Source: Vicugna vicugna (taxonomy: Eukaryota). Taken from it: DNA of 64,000 nucleotides. This document shows positions 1 to 10,700 of this stretch, piece by piece. Both the position numbers and the translations under genes were made by a program. The DNA lies in NCBI GenBank assembly GCA_013265495.1, contig MU058065.1, positions 6,014,302 to 6,078,301 of the forward strand, in the 5' to 3' direction. How positions within the stretch are numbered: position 1 is the first letter of the stretch; each line of letters opens with the position of its first letter. The notes under the pieces were generated by a model. The model saw only the letters and a list, made by a program, of their open reading frames with translations. It did no database searches and was not told the DNA's origin.

Positions 1-149
1 CACTTCTGTTTTTACTTCAAAGGTTCCCAGAACTTCTCAAATCCCCTCAACAGCCTTTCTGAACACTGAGCAGGCACTCATTCTGCTTGTCCAGAATGGT
101 CCCTGCTACATCATAGTCCACCCATCCCCACCCGCCCTCCTCTACATAC

Positions 150-3100
150 TGAACATTGGTGATCGCAGGCTCAGGAATCTGAGGGGTAGGGGCTCCCAAC
201 TGGGCAGCTAGTCGGCGTTCTGCAGCCAGAGCTCTCTGAGGGGAAGAGAAGCTGTGTTAAGGACAAGGCCCCAGTGCTGGAGAGGGTACCCACGAGGTGA
301 CAGCTGCACACTGAGGAAGGGATTAGTCTTCCGAGGAAGTCTTGCTGTGGAAGAAAGAACCTCCAGCCTCACCTTCTCGCGGTCGCTGAGGGCAGCAAAC
401 TGCCGCTGCTCTTCTTGCTCCCGCTTCTCCTGCTCCTGTTGCTTCCGCTGCTGTTCCTCCCGGTGCCGCCGGGCTGCCTTCTGCTCCCTTTTCCGGGCAG
501 CGTGCCGTGCCTCCATTTCTGCTGTCAGTGGCCCTGGCACCTGGAGGATTTCCAGAAGGTGTAAGGTGAGACCTATACAAATGCTCCTTGGTAGAACTGT
601 AAGAAAGTAGAAGGGAGCTAGCCAAGGTCTCTGATGCCTTCCCACTCTGCTCCTTCCTCTTCCAGCTGACCTGAGCCTTGCTATAATCATAAGCATCTGG
701 ATTCTTCTCCATGAACCTCCGGAACTCATTTCGTGTTGATTTGTCAGCTGCAACTGTATATGGAGGCCGGGCCCGGGAGTCCCTAGGTGCGAAAACCCAA
801 AAAATGGGTTCAGTTTGCCTCCTTCATCTCCCAACATCACCCAGACTGACCGAGGGGAATACTGTCAATGTAACCCATGCCAAAGTTAGCCTCTAGATCG
901 TCCTCTACATACCCCAGAAGGGATCAGCATGAGGACCCTTACTTACTGCACAGTGGGGTCCGCACCTGCCTCCAGCAGCAGGCGAACCACTGAGCCTCTC
1001 CCAGCTGCGGCTGCTGCGTGCAAGAGGGTAAAGCCACCGGAGCCCAAAGGGGCACTGAGCAGAGACAAAACTCCAGGGTCCACGGGGCTGGCAGCTAGCT
1101 GGAGCTTCAGCATCCCCATATCTCCTGCTCGGCAAGCAACTAGAAGCACATCCCAGATCTCTGGCTGAGCGGGGGACTTGGCCTCATCATCTTGAGGTTG
1201 CTGGGGAAGAGGCATGTGTGCCCCAGCCTCCAGGTCTCGGTTTCTCTCCTTATTCCTTTTTTTCCTCCTCCGCTTGGGCAATATCTCAAACTCACGAAGA
1301 TCCAGGGTCCCCAGTGTCAATTCTACTAGCTCCAGCTCCACCTGGGAGCCATCCTCTCCCTCTGACTCTGAACCTAGGGGAAAATTTGATACGTTAGATG
1401 TATTTAAAGAATAAGGAAGGGGTGGAAGGGTGTAGGCTGCCACAGATGCATAAGAATGTACATGATCCAGATCATCTTGAAATAAAACTGTTTGTATTTT
1501 TTCACCCAAGATAAAGGGACACAGCAAGAACTGGAGCCATTAGTATCATATGCAGAAATGAGGTGCTCAGCCCAGACAAGGACAGGCCCAGAAAAAGCTA
1601 TGAAGGGACAAGAGTCCCTGGACAGTCCCATGACAGCCTTAGGGTGATACACAACAGAGGAAAGCACGGAGCAGTGACAGCCATGCAAGCCAACAGTCTG
1701 CAGCGAGGGAGGCAGCCCTTAGCCCAAAAGCAGAGCATCCAATAAAACAAGTAAATTATATACACAACACATATTCAAGCACTGATTTCATACTAAGATT
1801 CTGTAAATACTGGGGATACATCAGTGAACAAAAGAGTTAACGAGATCTGGAAAAGTCACCAAAGATGCCTCAGTGATTGCTACCACATACCTCATTATAG
1901 ACAGATCTGTGTGTTATGTGTGTGATATGTAAAGGCACATCTATAAATAGGGAGGTGGGTAAGTGATGACAGTAGGTAGGGGATTTGCCACTGCATTTCT
2001 AGGACAGACCCCCAGAGAGATGTGACAATTGCCAGATGGTGCTCAAACCGTGTTTGGGAGCTTCCTCATTCTGGCCGAGTGCAGGATTTTCATCACTGGG
2101 GACCTTTCTCTCTTCCTTGATAGGCTTCCTTTCTCTCACTGTCTGCCAGTGTGTCTGAGGTGAATCCAACCTGACTGTTTCCCGGGGGTCTTCTCCTGCC
2201 ATAAAACAAAAGATGTTTTTCAAATTTAGCTGAGGAAAAGCTAGACCAGGTTTCCCTCAATGAAGATGTGACTGGACTGCAGTCTGAGGGCTAGAAAATG
2301 GTCTGGATGCACAAATGAGAACCTGGGGCTTGGGCTGGAAGGTACAGGAAGGGAGTCTGGGGATCTGGACTGAAAGACTCACCATGGACATGCAAGGCGG
2401 TCAGCTTATGGAGCACACGCTGTAGCTCTTTGAAGGTGGGTCTGCGGGTAGTGAGGGGGATATCCCAGAGTCTGGGATCCTCTCGTTGCAGGGGAGCCTC
2501 CTGGCCACCAAAGAACAAGGAACGGCCAGACCGGGGGGCACGAAGAAGTATCGTCCTAGCCTCCTCCAGTGCCTTAGCCCAGTCTGGCCCCGCCAGCAGG
2601 TCACGAACATCCTGGAGAAGGGACTAACTCAGCCTCTTCACTTGCTATTATTGAATCTCCAACCAAAAAATGACCCACAGATCACATATAGGGAGTGGGA
2701 AGTAGAAAATAACAGAGGAGGAAGAAGGAGAGGACTAAGACTCCTGGGGACCCACCCCTATTCTACTTTCATCTACCTCGAAATAATGAAGACTGGGAGG
2801 ATACAGGAGTCGGCCTCCCTACATAATATTTAATCAGTTGAGAGGGAAAAAGGGTGGATTAAAGGATCACCAGATCTGGGACACCTAACTCACCTTATAC
2901 AGTGTGGCTTCATTGTAGCGCCTCAGGTTGGCTCCAGCAGAGCGAGGAGCCCTACCCTGGGCGTCCCGAAGCCCCTGAGCTGTGCCCCGCTTGGCCCGCA
3001 CTGTGTAGCGATGAAAGGTTTTGTGTATCAACACTTCTCTTCTGCAGACAGCACAGACTCAGTACTGGAAACCAGCTGGTACTCCCAGGCTAACAGGATC

Positions 3101-5424
3101 CATTCCATCCTTAACCCAGGCAGCACCCTCTCACCCTTGGAAAACGGCACCAGCAAAGTGCCCAGCGGCAGCCATGAGCACCACGCTGGGGCCTCTATTT
3201 TGCAGGCTCTGGAGCAGAAGTTCTGGTTCTTCTAGGGGCAACTGGATGACAGAGAAGCAGCACAAACATATCTGGGGCACTTAGAGCAAAAAACAAGTGC
3301 TAGTGCTAAATGCTTCACATGTACTATCTGATTTAATGCAACCACCCTGTGCTTGTCTCAGTTTTACAAGTAAAACAATGTGACACTTACAGAGGTAGTC
3401 AAGATCAAGTGGTAGAACCACAGTTCAAACCTAGATCAGTCTGCTTCGAAACTTAATTCCATTATACTTGACCCTTCTAAGATTCAGGCCACTTCAATCC
3501 AAGACTGTGCTGTCAAGTGTGGTACCCACCCCCAACAGGAAGGAAGGAAGAAATGAGAAGTGGACTGTGCTAAGGGGATATCTAGGCTGAGTGTACGGCA
3601 GGCTGGTGTTGACCACACAACTTATGGTGGCACTTGCCTGGCGAGGGCCTAGGATGCAGCGATAGGCATAAACAAACTGGCCCTGGGCATTCTGGAAAAG
3701 AACTCGATGTGGGTGGAAGCCTTGGGGGCAGTTAGGCTTCTCAAACTCAGCCCTCTCCTCATCCGGTATCTGCAAGTTGTCCTCCCTGGCTGAGTCTGAA
3801 TCTTCCGATCCTGAGATGCTGGAAAGATCTCCTGAGAACAACATGAGATATGCAGGTTTGGTGCCCCATCTTTGACCCTTCTTCAAGCTCCTAAACTAGG
3901 GTCTTCCTCCACTCCCATGGCCTATTCCTACACAGGTCTCCCACCAGTCATTACCTATGGAGCTCTGCTTTTCAAAATCCAGGGCAGACAGGAGAGGCTT
4001 GTCCTTGAGACGTTGCTTTAGGTTAAACCGATGCCAGTCGAGCTTATAATGTTCCCTCTAATAAGAGGCAAAGAGGGAAACACAATGTGGAAATATACCT
4101 CAGCCTGGCCTTTTATGGTACCCAAACCCTGTAATAAGAACTCCAGAAAGTATGACCAGGTAACACCAACTGCCTTAGTCAAAGCACAGACCTTTATTAA
4201 TTAGAGACAAATTAATTGTCTACCTCTCTTCACCCACCACTATAGTTTTGCTTCCACCATTTAGCTCTGCACCTGGCCTTTTACCTGTTCCTGATGGTTC
4301 TGGAAGGTCTGGTCACAGGTTGAACAAAACAACTTCTCTGAAATATCCAGAGGACCCTGGAGTGGTTTTCTTTCTGGGCTTATTCTCTTCCCTGAACCTA
4401 AATAAGGGGAGGGTAAATAGAGATAGAAAGGGAGCCCATATCCATGGTACCTGGGATCACATTCGGTGTCTGATATACAAAACAGAGGACGATACAAAAG
4501 AAAGAGACACCCATGTCCTTGCCTTCGAGGAATATACAATCTAACAATCATAAAATAAACAGCACAGCAATCACTTTATACAATAAATATACTTCTGAAA
4601 GCATATGTATGTAAAATGAATATAAACCAAACATCATATGTAAATTAAGCAAAGAGATTGTTCAGAGAAATCCTAGAAAATAATTTCTGGTAAGGTAAGA
4701 TTATTTTTAACTGCAAAAAAATCACTTCCCAAAAGCCAGCTCTTTAGCTTGTATATCCAACTTCAGTGTGCAGTTTGTTTCGGAAAAAAAAAAAAGTACA
4801 AAACCTCCCAGCCAAACTAAGGTTGTACAAGACCACGTTGTTTTATATTCAGTGAGAAGGAATGATTTGATTGGAAAACAGTTATGTTTTTACCATATCT
4901 AGGAATTTTGAAGTGTTTTCTCAGGCAGTAGTGTTAATGTGATGAGGTATAAGCAATGGCAAGAGATTTGTTTGGAGACAATTCAGGGGCCTATGCTGGA
5001 AATCCAGAGATTGAGTGAATTTTTTTTTTTGACCAGAAAGTAGAATTTAATTTTGCATGCACAAATGTTGCCTTAAGAAGAAAAATACATACAAACGTTG
5101 GCTTAAAAGGGAAATAAGAAACTCTGCATTTGAGAGTTGAAGATTTTAACCCAGTAAAAGATGTCAACAAGGGCTCCTAAGCTGGGAAATACCATAAGGT
5201 GTTCCCTGGAGGAGCAATAAGCTCCAAAGATCCCCATCACGTCCCTCCCGGATTCACCCCAAACCTTCCTAGATACCTGGACAGGAAGTCTGCAGAGCCT
5301 GGGACAGAGCCTCCCCGGGAGCGTGGCTCACCAGGCGCAGGCCCTGAAGGATCGGAGCATCCGCGTTCAGGTCAAACAAGGAGACTGACACAGAAGCCTG
5401 AGCAGCAGCTGGGGCCGGCGACAT
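150..5424 (-). CDS. ANKZF1: Ankyrin repeat and zinc finger peptidyl-tRNA hydrolase 1 (Vms1 orthologue); 3'-partial, last coding exon lies beyond position 1
   Basis: Coding exons in transcript order: 5277-5424, 4285-4397, 3955-4057, 3638-3831, 3135-3241, 2894-3041, 2383-2611, 2049-2195, 947-1373, 671-782, 373-540, 150-235. Phases are consistent. Translation shows the MSPAP start, a C2H2 finger (CSTC...HYKLDWH), the VLRF1 loop [13 protein letters not shown], ankyrin repeats ([12 protein letters not shown]) and a coiled coil ending [12 protein letters not shown]. One donor is GC. Confidence 0.96.
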
Positions 5425-6500
5425 GGTTGAGCAGAAATTACTCAGAAGCAGCTCCTGGAGCAGAAAGGCGTTTATGAAACAGAGCTCCTCAAAGCAAGAT
5501 CCCACTGCCGTGGCTCCTGCCTGCGTGACTTGGTCTCCTCTAAACCGCAAGGCACCACGGCCCTCACCCTGGTACCAGGAATCAGTATGTGACCCCTAGC
5601 CCGCTCTCACCCCCCAGCTTCGGACCACACAAGAGTGAAGAGGGGGCGCATTCAGCAACCAAATCGAGTCCAACAGAGTTAAAATTACTAAGGTTCCTTA
5701 ACCAACTGCTCCTCGTTACTCGTGCGATGAGTTCCAGCAATGACTAAACCGCGTGGACTCGCCCCCGCCCTCAGAAGCTGCACCAAAGGTCCCGGGGAGC
5801 TCAGCGGCACGGAAGCCTTTAGTTCCAAGCGCGGATTTCTGCAACACCACAACAATCTCGTCACTACGGAGCAGCGAAGAGGACAAACGGCAGCGCCCGC
5901 ACCTGAGCCCCGCCCCACGTAGAGCTCACTATTGGTCTTCTGACGGTCCAAGACCCGCCTCTAGCCTTTAGTCCCGCCCTGGACGTCGAGAATTGGCCGT
6001 CGTGTCTGCAACCCTATGTTTATTGGCCAGGCTAACTGCGGGTGACAGTGAGTGGCAGACGCCGGGCCTAGCGCTCCGGTCTGGCCGAGCCCAGTGGAGC
6101 CGTCGGAGCCTGGAATCACCCAGGTCACCGTTCCTGAAGTGAAACGCGAGACCGGTTACCGAGATCCCACGGCCTGGGTCGGGCCTGCCCAGGGCTGCCC
6201 GCGGAGCCCTAAGTGAGCTCGCGGCGGGTAACGGGGGAAGGGGCGCTGCGGGCGGGGCGGAGGCGCGCAGCCGGAATGTTTTGATAGCGGGGGCGCGCGA
6301 GCGGCGGGGCCGCGCGCGAGCGGCGGGGCCGCGCGCGAGGTTGTCCGCTGTTGAGAACCGAGCCCTTGGCCTGGGGCCGGGCGATCCTGGGGTGCGCTGG
6401 GTTCGGGTCGTGGCAGCTGGGTGTAGGGAGGCAACTCAGCCCACCTAGGGTATCGGCTGTCGGACTGGCTCGATTCCTTCAACGTCTACAGGAACCCCTG
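5250..6500. promoter_or_regulatory. CpG-island bidirectional promoter shared by ANKZF1 and ATG9A
   Basis: High CpG density between two divergent genes, GC boxes (CCCCGCCCC ~5908), reverse CCAAT (ATTGG) at ~5931, ~5992 and ~6022. Confidence 0.8.
6050..6138 (+). other. ATG9A: Probable ATG9A non-coding exon 1 (start approximate)
   Basis: Lies in the CpG island downstream of the CCAAT boxes, ends at donor GAA|GTGAAA (6139) and resembles the human 5'UTR as I recall it. Confidence 0.5.
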
Positions 6501-7206
6501 AGCCCAGGCCCGGCTGGCAGAGGCAATATGGGCCCTGGGTCTACAGTGACCCAGTAAGTGGTGAGTTCCCTGAGGGCTTGGTCAGCTTCTTTGGACCCAC
6601 GGTTCTCAGTAACCCTGGGAATCTCACCGGGGCCAGGCTGGGCGGTGCTCCACGGCCTCAGGGTCTGCACTGACTGGGTGAGTGCTACCTAGACCATGCC
6701 TAGCTCCAGGGACCAAGGGAACCGGCAGTTTGCCCAGGATCTGGGTCTACACTGACCCAGTCAGGACTTCCCATCCAGGAACTATGCCTGCCCATTCGGC
6801 CATTGGTGCTAGGGAAGCAAGGGAAGGGGTTGACCAGAAAGGTCCTCTTTGGAAAAGACTCTCTTCTTGGGTTTTGGGTTTGGGGCTTTGAGGGCCCTGA
6901 GAAGTCTGACTGATTTATGAGGCTGAGATAAGGCAATGGAGAAACAGTCCAGCCCTGTACTGACTCAGTCTCCACAGGTTCATTAAGCCACTTCTTGGGA
7001 TTCTAGAGTTGAATGAGTGGCCATGTATAGTACAACCAGAGGAAGTGTGCACAGCCCTAGACTGGAAGGGTGCCTTTTTCCCACTCAGCCTCCTTGCCCC
7101 ATGCTTAGCCTCATCATAGTGGGGATGGATGGGTGGAGGGTGGTAGGGTTGGGTTTATTTCTATTCCCACTCCCCACTCTCTGGGGCCTGACACCTTCTT
7201 CTCCAG

Positions 7207-7264
7207 CAGCTGCAGAGCCAGGACATCAAGGGCTGGAGTGGAGCAGACACTGTCCATGGAGCTG
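7207..7264 (+). other. ATG9A: Probable ATG9A 5'UTR exon 2 containing an upstream ATG
   Basis: Pyrimidine tract plus CAG acceptor at 7206, donor CTG|GTAGGG at 7265, ATG at 7256. Confidence 0.6.
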
Positions 7265-7704
7265 GTAGGGCGATGTGCTTATCTCAAGCCTTTGTTTACA
7301 AAGTACTTCCAGACTGCTAGTCTCTTGGGAGACCAGGGTTTCTGTAGGAGGGGAGGGGGAGGGCCCCTTCTCTCCATTGAATAGAAGATGAAACAGACCC
7401 CCACCAAAGGGGCAGAGTCTGGCTTCAGGCCAGCAAGGCCTCAGTAGACACTCAGTAAAGACTCTGGGAATGACTCATTGGTCAGTGAAGGTCTCCCAAG
7501 CCCTGAGCTTGCTGCTGTCCTTGGGCTACCCCTCTTCCTCTGCCTTTGATCCAAGAATGGTAGTGCAGACCAAGCCCAAGGATTCTTTCTCACTCATTTC
7601 TGGTCTGGTAGGCAGGGGAGAAGACAAACAGCACCAGGGTCTGAACCTGGGTCTCTTCTTCCTCATTACTCACAGGTGGACAAGGTGGAGAGGGGGTGGT
7701 GGTG

Positions 7705-10700
7705 ATGGCGCAGTTTGACACTGAATACCAGCGCCTAGAGGCCTCCTACAGCGATTCACCCCCCGGGGAGGAGGATCTGTTGGTGCATGTGCCTGAGGGG
7801 AGCAAGTGTGAGTTCTTGGACATGACAGCCAGAGCTGGGGGTTAGGGGGAGAGTTGGTGGAGGAACACCAGGGGAGCAAGAGGTTTACATTCCTTCAGGA
7901 CTCTGACATCTCTGCTCCTGTGCCCACAGCACCTTGGCACCACATCGAAAATCTTGACCTCTTCTTCTCTCGAATATCCTTTGTGTCTCTGTTTTAGAGT
8001 TCTGGGACCTTTAGCCCCTCTCTGAGCCAGAACCCCTAATGGGATGTTGGTGTGGGTTTGGCTCTAATCCCTGGAAGGGGAGTGGGGCACATCTTGAGCC
8101 TGAAAGAGGCTGGAAAAATGGTGATCGTTATGAATAATCATACCCCACATTTACCAAGATCTATGTGCCTTATACTTTGTAGTATTAATTTATAAGGAAC
8201 CTCTCTAAGGGTGATTCTCCTTTTTGATGGTATGTTAATAACCATAATGTCTTTTGACTTACTCTGTGTCAGTTCTGTTAAACGCTTTACATGCATTATC
8301 TCAAACCTAATAATCCTATAAGACACGTGCTATTATTCCCAATATACCACTGTAGACAAAAAGCTCAGAGAGGTTAAGTGACTTGGCCAAAGTCACAGTT
8401 TGAAAGTCATAGAGCCAGGACTTAAGCTCAGGTATGTGAGCACCAAAAGAGTACCTAAGTCTGTGCTCTTAATTGCTGTCTCTACCCACAACTTTTTCTT
8501 AACAAGTACACGTTTATAATCTACATCAGAAGAATGGCTTCACTTGTATGCTCATCGGGGAGATCTTTGAGCTCATGTAAGTATAAGAAGGAATGGATGA
8601 TGTGGCAAAGAAATATGTCTCAGTGCTTCCTCTCTTTGAGTTCACCCCTGGCCCAAACTGCCAATGCAGCTCAGCTCCTGGCTCAAAACTTATAGTTTAA
8701 GGACTGGGTGTGTGGCACCACAATTTACAGCCTTATCTTTTTTATCTTCCTTATAAGGGAAGCTTTCTAAGTCTATCTTTTCCACAAAGAGAACTCAGAC
8801 TTGATCATTTCATCAGAGCTCCGGTGGAATGGGCATGGCGCAGTCAGGAGGTCTCAGAGATGCCAGCCACTTACGTGAGAAAAACATCTCTGTTCTGCCT
8901 TGGTTGCACTCAGGCCTGCTGCTGAGTAGAGAGCCCTCTGAGGGGAAGGAACCATATGACTTTGCCAAAGGGGAAGGGGTTAAGAATAAGAAGAGTTCAA
9001 ATCTGGGGAAAAAAAAAAACATCTAATTACCAACACAAAAGGAAATCAGGGACTGGGGACCAGAGACTATCATCTAAGACCTTTGGAAGTGTCCTTAAGT
9101 GGTGGCAGAGATTACCATGTGATTGGAAAACAGGCTGATTCTTTGGTGTCTGAGGCTAAGAGCAAAAAATAGGAGCTGGCTTGGGTTGCCTGGGGCTGGA
9201 AGCAGCAAATTTCTTTTTCCCCCATTATTTCATTGGTATCTCTCTGACTCTCCCCATCTTCCCAACTCCCCAGGCAGTTCCTCTTTGTGGTTGCCTTCAC
9301 CACCTTCCTGGTCAGCTGTGTGGACTACGACATCCTATTTGCCAACAAGATGGTGAACCACAGTCTTCACCCTGCTGAGCCCGTCAAGGTTACTCTGCCA
9401 GATGCCTTTCTGCCTGCCCAGGTCTGTAGTGCCAGGTAAGGGCTACAGGTCAGAGGCACCAGAGCCTGTAGTTTGGTCAGCACATGTGGAATGGAGTGGA
9501 GTGTGAGGCAGTAACATTCCCTAGAACACAGACCCAGGCTCAGCCTCCCTAAATCCTTCAGAACAGCAGCATGTCTGCCAAGACTCCTCAAGGGCCACTC
9601 CTCCTCCCCACCTTTTTCCCCACCAGGATTCAGGAAAATGGCTCCCTGATCACCATCCTGGTCATCGCTGCTGTCTTCTGGGTCCACCGGCTTATCAAGT
9701 TCATCTATAACATTTGCTGCTACTGGGAGATCCACTCCTTCTACCTGCATGCTCTGCGCATCCCCATGGTGAGACTGAGAAGTTCGGTAGTTAGCACCAC
9801 AGCCCACGATGTCTTCTGCAGCCTGGGAAGGGTGGGGTATATTCCTAGGCATCAGGTTTCCTCATCCATCCTTGGAGGTCAAGGACGCTTATAGGCTCCA
9901 CTCAGTTAAGCACAGGACCCCTGAACCTCATAGCATATGCAGGGCAAGGGGCCAAGGCAACAACCTCACCTACCATACCTTGTCTCTTCCCCACCTCAGT
10001 CTGCCCTTCCATACTGCACGTGGCAAGAAGTACAGGCCCGGATCGTGCAGACACAGAAAGAGCACCAGATCTGCATCCACAAGCGCGAGCTGACAGAGCT
10101 GGACATCTACCACCGCATTCTCCGTTTCCAGAACTACATGGTGGCGCTGGTTAACAAATCCCTCCTGCCCCTGCGCTTCCGCCTGCCCGGTCTCGGGGAG
10201 GTTGTCTTCTTCACCCGGGGCCTCAAGTACAACTTCGAGCTGATCCTCTTCTGGGGACCTGGCTCTCTGTTTCTCAATGAATGGAGCCTCAAGGCTGAGT
10301 ACAAACGTGGGGGACAACGGCTCGAGCTGGCCCAGCGCCTCAGCAACCGCATCTTGTGGATTGGCATCGCCAACTTCCTGCTGTGCCCCCTCATCCTCAT
10401 TTGGCAGATCCTCTATGCCTTTTTCAGTTATGCCGAGGTGCTGAAGCGGGAGCCAGGGGCCCTGGGGGCACGTTGCTGGTCACTCTATGGCCGCTGCTAC
10501 CTCCGCCACTTCAACGAGCTGGAGCATGAGCTACAGTCCCGCCTCAACCGAGGCTACAAGCCTGCATCCAAGTACATGAATTGCTTCTTGTCACCTCTGC
10601 TGACACTGCTGGCCAAGAACTGCGCCTTCTTCGCTGGCTCCATCCTGGCTGTGCTTATTGCACTCACCATCTACGACGAAGATGTGTTGGCCGTGGAGCA

